Below, one piece after another: positions 19,130 to 28,169 of a DNA stretch of 60,537 nucleotides. Made by a program: the position numbers and the translations under genes. The notes under the pieces were generated by a model. The model saw nothing but the letters and a program-made list of their open reading frames with translations, was not told the origin of the DNA and searched no databases. Numbering within the stretch: position 1 is the stretch's first letter; every line of letters begins with the position of its first letter. The stretch covers positions 1 to 60,537 of the forward strand of contig JBGVMO010000124.1 in the NCBI GenBank assembly GCA_045124835.1, given 5' to 3'. Source of the stretch: Eubacteriales bacterium. Lineage in GTDB: Bacteria > Bacillota > Clostridia > Oscillospirales > CAG-272.

Positions 19130-19164
19130 GTCCTTCAAGCAAAGCAAAGCGAAAAACAGGCAAG

Positions 19165-19199
19165 AAAAAACGGGCGTCAAAAATTGGCGCCCGTTTTTG
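19165..19199 (+). terminator. intrinsic terminator
   Basis: aaaaaaCGGGCGtcaaaaattggCGCCCGttttt, directly after the nfnB-like gene. Confidence 0.7.
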
Positions 19200-19251
19200 T
19201 GCAATATGCCAAAAGTAAGCGAAAAATCTTTGCTTTTTTCTGTTTTTTGGG

Positions 19252-19280
19252 TTGACTTTTCTCTTTTCCTATGCTACATT
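19252..19280 (+). promoter_or_regulatory. sigma-A type promoter (TTGACT-17-TGcTACATT)
   Basis: TTGACT at 19252-19257 and TACATT at 19275-19280, upstream of the ABC gene. Confidence 0.45.
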
Positions 19281-19358
19281 AAAGGCGGCAAGGGAAAAGC
19301 CCTTCACCAAAAAGATTTATAAGCATTTGCGTTCTTTCGTTTGCAAAGGAGAAAAGCT

Positions 19359-21323
19359 ATGAGCAAGCAAGCAGAGGCAAAGACCAAGACGGCCACTGAG
19401 GCAAAGGCAGAGGAAAAAGCAAAGAGCAAACGCCCGAAAAAAGAAAAAGTCCACTTTTGGCGGCTTCTTTGGCGCTATGTAAAGCCCGAGAAGAAGCGGC
19501 TTTTGGTGGCGGTTATTTTTTCCTTTTTAACGGGCGTTTTCGTTGCCATTCAGCCCCTTGTTGTCAAATATATCATTGATACGGGCGTAAGCGGCGAGCC
19601 CATTTCCTTCTTCGGCAGGGTATTTTACGCAGGGCCGCAGGGAGAAAGAGAAAAGATACTGTTCGTGGTGGCCGCCTGCTGTGCTTACGTTTTCATTTGC
19701 TTAATGCGCCTTTTGTTCTGGACGATTGGCTATACCAGCGCCCAAAAGGCCTTGGCAAGCACGCTTTTTAATCTGCGGTCGCAGTTCTTCGGTCACGTGC
19801 AGCATCTTTGTATGCATTTCCACGATAAGAACTCCTCGGGCGAGCTTTACAACTACATTATGGGCTCTCCGATGAACAATATCAAGACCTTTTTGGCCTC
19901 GATGACCCAGACCTTTCCCTTTCAGGCGGTCTCGCTTGTCATTTCCTTGATTGCTTTAACCTCGTACAGCTTTAAGCTGACGGGGCTTATCCTGATTATC
20001 AGCGTGATAATGGCGCTTTTTTACCGCTTCTCGCGGCAGAAGATGCGCCGCGCCTCCAAGGAATATCTCTCCTCGGAGAACCGCGCCTCTCAGTATATTG
20101 CGGATGTTTTGCACGGCTCGGAGGCCGTTAAGATGTACGCCATTGAGGAGGACACCATTCAGCAGTTCAACGAGAGAGTGGATGACCTGAAGGAAACGAG
20201 CCTGCGCTATACCATGCGCAACTATATTGAGGCGATCAAGCCTGAATACACCCATTATTTCGGCATTGCCGTTGTCTATTTCGTTGGCGCCTTGCTTTGC
20301 ATCCGCGGCGAAATCACCGTCGGTATCTTTTACGCCTTCTTATCCAGCATGGGCACCATTCTCGGAACGCTCAGTAGCTGGCTCAACGTGGCGATGACGC
20401 AGCCGATGGCGGCAGAGGCGCTTGACAGAGTCAACCGCATTATTGACGAAAACAGCACCACCCCCGAGGTGCGCGAGGAGGCGCGCCGCTCGCTTTCTAT
20501 CGAACGCGCACACGCGCAGAATGCGGGAGAGTCCTGTATTGCCTTTAACGACGTCACCTTCGGATACGATGAGAAGCCCGTTTTTGAGAATTTCTCCTGC
20601 AAAATCGGCTATTGCGAGAGTATTGGCCTTGTGGGAAGCTCGGGCTCGGGCAAATCTACCTTTACCAAGCTGGTAATGCGCCTTTACGACGTGCAAAAAG
20701 GAAGCGTAACGCTGCACGGCAGAAGCGTCAAGGATTACGCAACGCACGAGCTGCGCGCCTCCTTTGGCGTTGTACCGCAGAATCCCTTTATCTTTGCGGG
20801 CACCATCTGGGATAACATCCGCATTGCCGCGCCCGATGCCAGCAACTACGAGATTATCAGAGCCATGGAGCTTGCCCGTGTGCACGAGTTTGTCAATGAG
20901 CTGCCGATGGGCTGGGCAACCGTCATCGGTGACGGTGCGCTTTCTCTTTCGGGCGGACAGAAGCAGAGAATTGCCATTGCCCGCGCCGTTTTGAAAAAGC
21001 CCGACATTTTTATCTTCGACGAGGCAACCTCTGCGCTGGATAATATCTCCGAGCGCTTGATTCAGCAGGCAATGGAGGAGCTGATGCAGACGCACACGGT
21101 TATTTTCGTGGCGCACAGACTCTCCACCATCCGCAACGTCAATCGCATTATGGTGTTTGACAGAGGCGAAGTCATTCAAGAGGGCACGTACGATGAGCTT
21201 GCCGCACAGCCCGGCGAATTCCGCCGCCTGCTTGACGCGGCCGAGGCCAAGGACGATTATCTGCGCGCTGACAGAAGAACGATAGACGAGCGCCTTGGCA
21301 AAAAGCCCAAGAAGCAAGTATAA
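19359..21323 (+). CDS. ABC exporter, fused permease/ATPase half-transporter
   Basis: Start taken at ATG 19359 after AAAGGAGAAAAG. It has a Lys/Glu-rich N-terminal tail and six-TM region. Motifs are Walker A GSSGSGKST, signature LSGGQKQR and Walker B IFIFDEATSALD. Confidence 0.9.
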   Translation: MSKQAEAKTKTATEAKAEEKAKSKRPKKEKVHFWRLLWRYVKPEKKRLLVAVIFSFLTGVFVAIQPLVVKYIIDTGVSGEPISFFGRVFYAGPQGEREKILFVVAACCAYVFICLMRLLFWTIGYTSAQKALASTLFNLRSQFFGHVQHLCMHFHDKNSSGELYNYIMGSPMNNIKTFLASMTQTFPFQAVSLVISLIALTSYSFKLTGLILIISVIMALFYRFSRQKMRRASKEYLSSENRASQYIADVLHGSEAVKMYAIEEDTIQQFNERVDDLKETSLRYTMRNYIEAIKPEYTHYFGIAVVYFVGALLCIRGEITVGIFYAFLSSMGTILGTLSSWLNVAMTQPMAAEALDRVNRIIDENSTTPEVREEARRSLSIERAHAQNAGESCIAFNDVTFGYDEKPVFENFSCKIGYCESIGLVGSSGSGKSTFTKLVMRLYDVQKGSVTLHGRSVKDYATHELRASFGVVPQNPFIFAGTIWDNIRIAAPDASNYEIIRAMELARVHEFVNELPMGWATVIGDGALSLSGGQKQRIAIARAVLKKPDIFIFDEATSALDNISERLIQQAMEELMQTHTVIFVAHRLSTIRNVNRIMVFDRGEVIQEGTYDELAAQPGEFRRLLDAAEAKDDYLRADRRTIDERLGKKPKKQV

Positions 21324-21347
21324 CCCTAAAAGGACGAAGAAAAAACG

Positions 21348-22010
21348 ATGAAAAAAACAAAGATCTGTATATTTGATTTGGACGGAACGCTGCTGAACAC
21401 CCTTCCTGCGCTGACCCATTTTGGCAATACCACCCTTTCCCATTTTGGCCTTTCCACCTTTCCGGAGGACAGGTATCGCTATTTTGCGGGCAACGGCGCT
21501 AAGGATCTCGTGAGCAAAATACTTCGCGCCCAAAACGCCTATACGGACGAGCTTTTTGCAACCGTCTTTGAATATTATTACGGACTTTATAACGCAAATC
21601 CCACCCAAAACACCGCCCCCTATCCCGAAATCCCTGCCTTGCTTGCCGCATTGCAGGAGAAGGGCATTGCCTTGGCGGTGCTGTCCAATAAGCATCACTT
21701 TGCTGTTTGCGAAACGGTAAGCTTCTTTTTTCCCGACGTTCCCTTCTCGGTTGTGCAGGGACAAACGGAGGATTTGCCCTTAAAGCCCGCACCCGACGGT
21801 ATTTATCGTATTCTTGATGCGCTCTCTCTTTCCAAGGAGGAATGCCTTTTTATCGGCGACAGCGACGTGGATATGAAAACCGCCTTGGCGGCCGGGGTTG
21901 CCTCGGTCGGTGCCGCTTGGGGCTTCCGCGGTGAAAAGGAGCTGGTTGAGGCAGGGGCTATGGCAGTTGAGGCCTCTCCGCTCGGCATTCTTTCACATAT
22001 CAGGGGATAA
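21348..22010 (+). CDS. HAD-family hydrolase (phosphoglycolate-phosphatase-like)
   Basis: Motif I ICIFDLDGTLLNT, then SNK, then GDSDVDM. Confidence 0.85.
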   Translation: MKKTKICIFDLDGTLLNTLPALTHFGNTTLSHFGLSTFPEDRYRYFAGNGAKDLVSKILRAQNAYTDELFATVFEYYYGLYNANPTQNTAPYPEIPALLAALQEKGIALAVLSNKHHFAVCETVSFFFPDVPFSVVQGQTEDLPLKPAPDGIYRILDALSLSKEECLFIGDSDVDMKTALAAGVASVGAAWGFRGEKELVEAGAMAVEASPLGILSHIRG

Positions 22011-22043
22011 AAGGAAAAAACATAAAAAATTCACAGAATGTGC

Positions 22044-22072
22044 TTTACAAAGCCAAAAAGATGCTGTACAAT
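22044..22072 (+). promoter_or_regulatory. candidate promoter (TTTACA-17-TACAAT)
   Basis: TTTACA at 22044-22049 and TACAAT at 22067-22072. Confidence 0.45.
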
Positions 22073-22087
22073 AAAAACAGTGAGCAA

Positions 22088-22118
22088 GGGGCGCCGTGTT
22101 TGCGGCGCTTCTTTTTTC
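22088..22118 (+). terminator. terminator-like hairpin with U-tract in front of galT
   Basis: GCGCCG-tgtttg-CGGCGC followed by ttcttttttc. It ends ~35 nt before the galT ATG. Confidence 0.5.
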
Positions 22119-22152
22119 AATATTGAAATCGGAAAGAGGAAAACGCGACACA

Positions 22153-23649
22153 ATGCAACAAATTTACGCCTATATTGCCGCCTTGGCGGACTACGGAATT
22201 GAAACGGCACTTTGCGAAAAAGAGGACAGAGCCTTCGTTATCAATTCGCTTCTTTCCGTTTTGAAGCTTGATGCCTACGAGGAGCCCGAAAAAAAGGCGG
22301 TGCTTCCCTTGGAGGCGATTCTTTCCGCCCTTTGTGACGATGCCTTTCATCGCGGTGTGTTGGAGGCCGACTCGGTTGCCTATCGCGATTTGTTTGACAC
22401 GGCCCTGATGGGGTGTCTTGTGCCCCGACCCTCCGAGGTTTCCCGTCGCTTCTTCGCGCTTTTAAAGGAAAGCCCCGAGAAAGCGACCGACTATTTTTAC
22501 GCGCTTTGCCGCAACGGCGACTACATACGCACCTATCGCGTTGCCAAGGATATGAAATGGACGTATGCCTCGCCCTACGGTGCGCTTGACATCACCATCA
22601 ATCTTTCCAAGCCCGAAAAGGACGTGAAGGCCATTGCCGCGGCCAAGAAAATGGCGCAAAGCGGCTACCCCAAATGCCTGCTTTGCCACGAAAACGTGGG
22701 CTTCGCGGGCAGCCTTCGCTCCCCTGCCCGTCAAAATCTGCGCCAGATAGCGCTTCCCTTGGGGGAGGGGCGCTGGTATATGCAATATTCGCCCTACGTA
22801 TACTATAACGAGCATTGCATCGTGCTTTCCGACAGTCACACGCCGATGCGCATCACCGAGGATACCTTCCGTCGCGCCTTGGATTTCGTTTCGATATTGC
22901 CCCATTACTTCGTGGGCTCAAACGCCGACCTCCCCATCGTTGGCGGCTCGATTTTAACGCATGATCATATGCAGGGCGGCCGCTATACCTTCGCCATGGA
23001 AAAGGCGCCCATTGAAAAGGAGATTGCCTTTTTGGGCTTTGAGGACGTGACGGCAGGCATTGTCAAGTGGCCGATGTCCGTCATTCGCCTTGCCTCGTCT
23101 GACAAGGAGCGCCTCGTTGCCTTGGCAAGCAAGATTCTTTCGGCTTGGCGCGGCTATACGGACGAGGCGGCGTTTATCTTTGCCGAAACGGATGGGGAAG
23201 CGCACAACACCGTTACCCCCATTGCCCGCCGCCGTGGCGAGCAGTACGAGCTTGACCTTGTGCTTCGCAATAATATTACCACCAAGGAGCATCCCATCGG
23301 ACTTTACCATCCGCACGAGGAGCTTCACCATATCAAGAAGGAAAACATCGGTCTTATCGAGGTGATGGGCCTTGCCGTTTTGCCCGCAAGACTGAAAACC
23401 GAAATGAAGGCGGTGGCAGAGGCGCTGCTTTCGGGTGCAGATTTGTATGCCGACGAAGCAACCGCATCGCACGCACCTTGGGCGCTTGAAATTCGGTCGC
23501 GCTATACGCTGACGAAGGAAAACGTGGACGGGATTCTTCAAAAAGAAATCGGCGCGGTCTTTACCCGCGTTTTAGAGGATGCGGGCGTTTATAAATGCAC
23601 AGAAGAGGGAAGAGCGGCCTTTTTGCGCTTCGTTGCCTCGGTGCAATAA
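22153..23649 (+). CDS. galT: galactose-1-phosphate uridylyltransferase, type 2 (Firmicutes type)
   Basis: Start trimmed to ATG 22153 (MQQIYAYIAALADYG...). ~498 aa. It has YPKCLLCHENVG and the histidine motif ILTHDHMQGG. Confidence 0.88.
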   Translation: MQQIYAYIAALADYGIETALCEKEDRAFVINSLLSVLKLDAYEEPEKKAVLPLEAILSALCDDAFHRGVLEADSVAYRDLFDTALMGCLVPRPSEVSRRFFALLKESPEKATDYFYALCRNGDYIRTYRVAKDMKWTYASPYGALDITINLSKPEKDVKAIAAAKKMAQSGYPKCLLCHENVGFAGSLRSPARQNLRQIALPLGEGRWYMQYSPYVYYNEHCIVLSDSHTPMRITEDTFRRALDFVSILPHYFVGSNADLPIVGGSILTHDHMQGGRYTFAMEKAPIEKEIAFLGFEDVTAGIVKWPMSVIRLASSDKERLVALASKILSAWRGYTDEAAFIFAETDGEAHNTVTPIARRRGEQYELDLVLRNNITTKEHPIGLYHPHEELHHIKKENIGLIEVMGLAVLPARLKTEMKAVAEALLSGADLYADEATASHAPWALEIRSRYTLTKENVDGILQKEIGAVFTRVLEDAGVYKCTEEGRAAFLRFVASVQ

Positions 23650-23664
23650 GAAAGGAAAAAGGAT

Positions 23665-24645
23665 ATGTTTTCAAGGCTGGAAGCCCCGCTTTTTATCAGG
23701 GAGGCCATCGAAGCCAAAAAGCCGAGAGCGCTTTGGCTTGAGCTGATTATTTTCGGCCTCGTTTTCTGGGTAGCAGGCATGGTGGAATCCGTGATTATCG
23801 TGCCCTTCACCGTTATCGCGATGCTCGGACATACGGAGGAGCTTCGCGCGCTGATGGAATCGGGAGGAGACCCGGAAGCGATGCTCGCCTTTATTGAGGA
23901 GCTTTCTGCCTCGCCGCTTTTGGTTATCGGCTCGCTGTTTGCAACGGCGGGAATGATTGCCACGGTCATTGTTTACTGTCGCTTTCTCGAAAAGCGCCGT
24001 ATGTCTACCTTGGGGCTTTCCCGCCCCTTTGCGAAGGAATACGGCATCGGTGCGTTTCTCGGCATCTTGCTTTTTGGGGTGTATATCGCGTTCTCGATGA
24101 TTTTCGGAAAGCTTACCTTCCTCGGTATCAGTGAGCACTTCAATCTTCCCACCGTTCTGTTTTTGCTTCTCGGATATCTTGTGCAGGGCTTTTCGGAGGA
24201 AATCCTTTGTCGCGGCTACTTTATGACCTCGCTTTGCCGCTCCCTGCCCCTGCCCTTTGCTTTGGTTGTCAGCTCTCTCTTCTTTGCGCTTTTGCACGTG
24301 GGCAATTCGGGCGTTGATTTTCTTGCCCTTCTGAATATTTTTCTCTTCGGCATTCTGATGGGACTTTACGTCATTCGGCGCGGAAGCCTGTGGGGCGCTT
24401 GTGCCTTGCACGCGCTTTGGAACTTCGCCGAGGGGGTCTTGACTGACTTTGCCGTCAGCGGCCTTACTATGCCAAGCTCCGTTTTTTCCTTTCGAACAGA
24501 GGGCGCCTCCCCCTTCATCATCGGCGGTGCCTTTGGACCCGAGGGCGGCTTCGCGGTCACCTTCGTTTTGACGATTTCCGTTGCCGTGCTCTTAATGATG
24601 CCAAATAAAAATGTAAACAATTCTTCACAAAGCAACACGCTGTAA
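23665..24645 (+). CDS. CPBP-family intramembrane glutamic endopeptidase
   Basis: Multi-TM protein with the motifs EEILCRGY and FFALLHVGN. Confidence 0.85.
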   Translation: MFSRLEAPLFIREAIEAKKPRALWLELIIFGLVFWVAGMVESVIIVPFTVIAMLGHTEELRALMESGGDPEAMLAFIEELSASPLLVIGSLFATAGMIATVIVYCRFLEKRRMSTLGLSRPFAKEYGIGAFLGILLFGVYIAFSMIFGKLTFLGISEHFNLPTVLFLLLGYLVQGFSEEILCRGYFMTSLCRSLPLPFALVVSSLFFALLHVGNSGVDFLALLNIFLFGILMGLYVIRRGSLWGACALHALWNFAEGVLTDFAVSGLTMPSSVFSFRTEGASPFIIGGAFGPEGGFAVTFVLTISVAVLLMMPNKNVNNSSQSNTL

Positions 24646-24711
24646 GACTTCTTGAAGGCGCCTTTTTCGGCGTTCAAAAGAGAAGCCGCGCAGCTTTCTG
24701 CGCAGACGAGA

Positions 24712-24737
24712 AAAAACCGCCGAGGGCGGTTTTTTTC
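24712..24737 (+). terminator. intrinsic terminator
   Basis: aaaaaaCCGCCgagGGCGGttttttt. Confidence 0.75.
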
Positions 24738-24814
24738 TTTTCCTTAATTGTAAACAATCCGTTTTTCTGTTTTGCACAAAAAACGCAATATATAGTAGGC
24801 ATAAATGACGAAAA

Positions 24815-24830
24815 AAACAAAATGTTGTGT
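24815..24830. promoter_or_regulatory. NrdR-box-like site 1
   Basis: aaacaaaatgttgtgt matches 13 of 16 positions of the remembered consensus acaCwAtATaTwGtgt. Confidence 0.5.
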
Positions 24831-24837
24831 TTTCGTA

Positions 24838-24866
24838 TTGACAGACACCATATCTTGTGCTATAAT
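24838..24866 (+). promoter_or_regulatory. consensus sigma-A promoter (TTGACA-17-TATAAT) of nrdG-nrdD
   Basis: TTGACA at 24838-24843 and TATAAT at 24861-24866. Confidence 0.7.
24845..24860. promoter_or_regulatory. NrdR-box-like site 2, filling the promoter spacer
   Basis: acaccatatcttgtgc matches 13 of 16 positions. Its centre is 30 bp from the centre of box 1. Confidence 0.55.
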
Positions 24867-24925
24867 AGCCGCAGTCGGCAAAGCAAGGGGGATTTGCGCC
24901 CTGCGGATGCTTTTGGGAGTGAAAA

Positions 24926-25612
24926 ATGGAACTGCGAGGATTGCAAAAAACAACGCTTTTGGATTTTCCAGGTCGCGTTGCCTGCACCGTCTTTACGGGC
25001 GGCTGTAATTTTCGCTGCCCCTTTTGTCACAATGCGTCCTTGCTTCGCCAAGGCCCTGCGGATATAACGGAGGAAGCCTTCTTTTCCTTCCTCGAAAAGC
25101 GCCGCGGCATACTTGACGGGGTTTGCATTACGGGCGGTGAGCCGCTTCTGCACCGCGACATTGCGCCCTTCCTTGCGCACATCAAGGAAATGGGCTTTCT
25201 TGTTAAGCTTGACACCAACGGCAGCTTTCCCGATAGGCTTTCCGCTTTAATCGAGGGCGGGCTTGTTGATTACGTTGCGATGGATATCAAGAATTCTCCT
25301 GAAAAATACCCTGTAACGACGGGAACGGAAAGCGGCTTTCTTTCCGAGGTAGAGAAGAGCGTTTCTATTTTATTAAATGGAAGCTTGCCCTTTGAATTCC
25401 GCACCACGCTCGTCAAGGGAATGCATACCGAAGAGGATATGCGGAAGATAGGGGAATGGATAAAGGGAGCAAAGCGCTATTTCTTGCAGCAGTTCACCGA
25501 TTCGGGGGACGTTCTTTGTGAGGGCCTTTCCGCCTTTACGAAGGAGGAATCCGAGGCGCTGCTTGCGGCGGTTCTTCCAAGTGTTCCGACGGCCTCGCTT
25601 CGCGGCGTTTGA
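24926..25612 (+). CDS. nrdG: anaerobic ribonucleoside-triphosphate reductase activating protein (radical SAM)
   Basis: LLDFPGRVACTVFTGGCNFRCPFCHN motif. 228 aa. Confidence 0.9.
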   Translation: MELRGLQKTTLLDFPGRVACTVFTGGCNFRCPFCHNASLLRQGPADITEEAFFSFLEKRRGILDGVCITGGEPLLHRDIAPFLAHIKEMGFLVKLDTNGSFPDRLSALIEGGLVDYVAMDIKNSPEKYPVTTGTESGFLSEVEKSVSILLNGSLPFEFRTTLVKGMHTEEDMRKIGEWIKGAKRYFLQQFTDSGDVLCEGLSAFTKEESEALLAAVLPSVPTASLRGV

Positions 25613-25661
25613 TTGATTTGTTATCATTTACGGCAAAGACCGATAAAATAAGGAGTATTTT

Positions 25662-28067
25662 ATGTATCAGGTTTTAAAGAGAGACGGTAAGATTGTAGAC
25701 TTTACCTTAGACAAAATCTCTGCCGCCATTCGTATGGCGTTTGAGGCGCAGGAAAAGCAGTATCACCCCAGCGTGATTGATTTCCTTGCCCTGAAGGTAA
25801 CGGCAGAATTTGAGCCCAAGGTCAAGGAGGGCTTAATTGCCGTTGAGGACATTCAGGACTCCGTTGAGTCCGTTTTGGTGCAGGCAGGCTATGCAGACGT
25901 TGCAAAGGCCTACATTCTGTACCGCCGTCAGCGTGAAAAGCTTCGTAACGTGGAAAGCACCACGCTTGACTATAAGAAATTGGTTGACAGCTATTTGAAG
26001 GTTATGGACTGGCGCGTGAAGGAAAACTCCACCGTTACCTATTCCGTCGGTGGCTTGATTCTGTCCAACTCGGGCGCTATCACCGCAAACTACTGGCTTT
26101 CCGAGGTGTATGACGATGAAATCGCCAACGCCCACAGAAATGCCGATATTCACCTGCATGACCTGTCTATGCTGACGGGCTACTGCGCAGGCTGGTCCTT
26201 GAAGCAGCTTATCAAGGAGGGCCTTGGCGGCGTTCCCGGTAAGATTACCTCGGCTCCCGCATCCCACCTCGCCACGCTTTGCAACCAGATGGTTAACTTC
26301 CTCGGTATCATGCAGAACGAGTGGGCAGGCGCACAGGCCTTCTCCTCCTTCGACACCTATCTTGCCCCCTTCGTTAAGGTGGACAACCTCAGCTATGATC
26401 AGGTTAAGAAGTGCATTGAGTCCTTCATTTACGGCGTGAACACCCCGTCCCGTTGGGGCACGCAGGCACCCTTCTCCAACATCACGCTGGACTGGACGGT
26501 GCCGGACGACTTGGCCGAGCTTCCCGCAATCGTGGGCGGCAAGGAAATGGACTTCAAGTACAAGGATTGTGCCGCTGAAATGGATATGGTCAACCGTGCC
26601 TTTATCGAAACGATGATCGAGGGTGACGCCAACGGCCGCGGCTTCCAGTACCCCATTCCCACCTACTCCATCACCCGTGACTTCGACTGGTCCGAAACCG
26701 AGAACAACAAGCTTCTCTTTGAGATGACCGCCAAGTACGGTACTCCCTACTTCTCCAACTACATCAACAGCGATATGGCTCCCTCCGATGTGCGCTCCAT
26801 GTGCTGCCGTCTGCGCCTTGATTTGCGCGAGCTTCGCAAGAAGTCGGGCGGTTACTTCGGTAGCGGTGAGTCCACCGGCTCTATCGGTGTTGTAACCATC
26901 AATATGCCGAGAATTGCTTACCTCTCCAAGACGCCCGAGGAGTTCTATCGCCGCCTTGATCACATGATGGACATCGCCGCGCGCTCCCTGAAAATCAAGA
27001 GAGGCGTTATCTCCAAGCTGTTGGAGGAGGGCCTTTATCCCTACACCCGCCGTTACCTCGGCGGCTTCGACAACCACTTCTCCACGATTGGTCTTGTCGG
27101 TATGAACGAGGTTGGCTTGAATGCGCCCTGGCTCAAGGCAGATATGACCAACGAGGCTGTGCAGGAATTCTCCAAGGAGGTTCTTGACCATATGAGAGAG
27201 CGCCTTTCCGACTATCAGGAAAAGTACGGCGACCTCTACAACCTGGAGGCAACTCCCGCAGAGTCCACCTCTTACCGCTTTGCCAAGCACGACAAGAAGC
27301 GCTTCCCCGACATTGCAACCGCATCTGAGGGCAAGACCCCCTATTACACCAACTCCTCTCACCTGCCCGTTGGCTTTACCGAGGACGTGTTCGAGGCGCT
27401 TGACATTCAAGATGAGCTGCAAACCCGTTACACCTCGGGTACGGTATTCCACGCTTTCTTGGGTGAGAAGCTTCCCGACTGGAAGTCTGCCGCAACGCTC
27501 GTAAAGAAGATTGCCGAGAACTACAAGCTGCCCTATTATACGCTTTCTCCCACCTACTCCGTATGTAAGAACCACGGATACCTGCCCGGCGAGCAGTTCA
27601 CCTGCCCCGAGTGCGGCGAGAAGACGGAGGTTTACAGCCGTATCACCGGTTACTACCGCCCCGTTCAGAACTGGAACGACGGTAAGTCTCAGGAGTACAG
27701 AGATCGTCGCGTATACGATATCGCAGGTTCCTTCGGCAAGCACGCGGGCGAGAAGAACTTTGAAACTCCCCTTTCCGAAAGAACCGAGGATATCGGTGCT
27801 GCGGCACCCGTCGAGGAGGTAAAGGGCGAGGACAGAATTATTCTCTTCGGAACGAGAACCTGCCCCAACTGCAAGATGGCCATCACCTTCTTGAACAATG
27901 CAGGCATCGCATTTGAGCACGTCATTGCCGACGAGAACAGAGAGTTGACCGAGCAGTTTGATATCCATCAGGCGCCCACGCTTGTGGTTGTCAGAAACGG
28001 AAAAATGGAGCAGTACGTCAACCTCTCCAACATTCGCAAATATATCGATACTGCCGCCAAGGCATAA
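25662..28067 (+). CDS. nrdD: anaerobic (class III) ribonucleoside-triphosphate reductase with C-terminal thioredoxin-fold extension
   Basis: ATP-cone-like N-terminus MYQVLKRDGKIVDFTLDKISAAIRMAF. It has a Zn ribbon (CPECGEKTEVY) and the glycyl-radical motif SRITGYYRPV with its Gly codon at 27648-27650. About 115 further residues follow, ending in RIILFGTRTCPNCKMAITFLNNAGIAFEHV...APTLVV (27834-28064). Confidence 0.93.
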   Translation: MYQVLKRDGKIVDFTLDKISAAIRMAFEAQEKQYHPSVIDFLALKVTAEFEPKVKEGLIAVEDIQDSVESVLVQAGYADVAKAYILYRRQREKLRNVESTTLDYKKLVDSYLKVMDWRVKENSTVTYSVGGLILSNSGAITANYWLSEVYDDEIANAHRNADIHLHDLSMLTGYCAGWSLKQLIKEGLGGVPGKITSAPASHLATLCNQMVNFLGIMQNEWAGAQAFSSFDTYLAPFVKVDNLSYDQVKKCIESFIYGVNTPSRWGTQAPFSNITLDWTVPDDLAELPAIVGGKEMDFKYKDCAAEMDMVNRAFIETMIEGDANGRGFQYPIPTYSITRDFDWSETENNKLLFEMTAKYGTPYFSNYINSDMAPSDVRSMCCRLRLDLRELRKKSGGYFGSGESTGSIGVVTINMPRIAYLSKTPEEFYRRLDHMMDIAARSLKIKRGVISKLLEEGLYPYTRRYLGGFDNHFSTIGLVGMNEVGLNAPWLKADMTNEAVQEFSKEVLDHMRERLSDYQEKYGDLYNLEATPAESTSYRFAKHDKKRFPDIATASEGKTPYYTNSSHLPVGFTEDVFEALDIQDELQTRYTSGTVFHAFLGEKLPDWKSAATLVKKIAENYKLPYYTLSPTYSVCKNHGYLPGEQFTCPECGEKTEVYSRITGYYRPVQNWNDGKSQEYRDRRVYDIAGSFGKHAGEKNFETPLSERTEDIGAAAPVEEVKGEDRIILFGTRTCPNCKMAITFLNNAGIAFEHVIADENRELTEQFDIHQAPTLVVVRNGKMEQYVNLSNIRKYIDTAAKA

Positions 28068-28074
28068 AGCGGCT

Positions 28075-28102
28075 CGGGGGTGTCCAAAGACACCCCCGTT
28101 TT
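28075..28102 (+). terminator. intrinsic terminator (10-bp stem, short U-tract)
   Basis: CGGGGGTGTC-caaa-GACACCCCCG-tttt. Confidence 0.65.
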
Positions 28103-28169
28103 AACCTCTTGACTGAAAGCCTCCCCTTCGGGAAAAATAACCTTGCCAATCGGCAAGAAAGGAAACAGT

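Noticed and set aside
18218-21764. 328-aa (18218-19204) and 474-aa (20340-21764) minus-strand ORFs
   Set aside because: They are antisense to the nfnB-like, ABC transporter and HAD genes, and they cross terminators and intergenic regions.
25833-27968. 711-aa minus-strand ORF, the longest non-annotated ORF in the track
   Set aside because: It is entirely antisense to nrdD, whose motifs are unmistakable. Its translation is Gly/Val/Leu/Ala/His-rich low-complexity sequence typical of the reverse frame of GC-rich genes, and it has no RBS.
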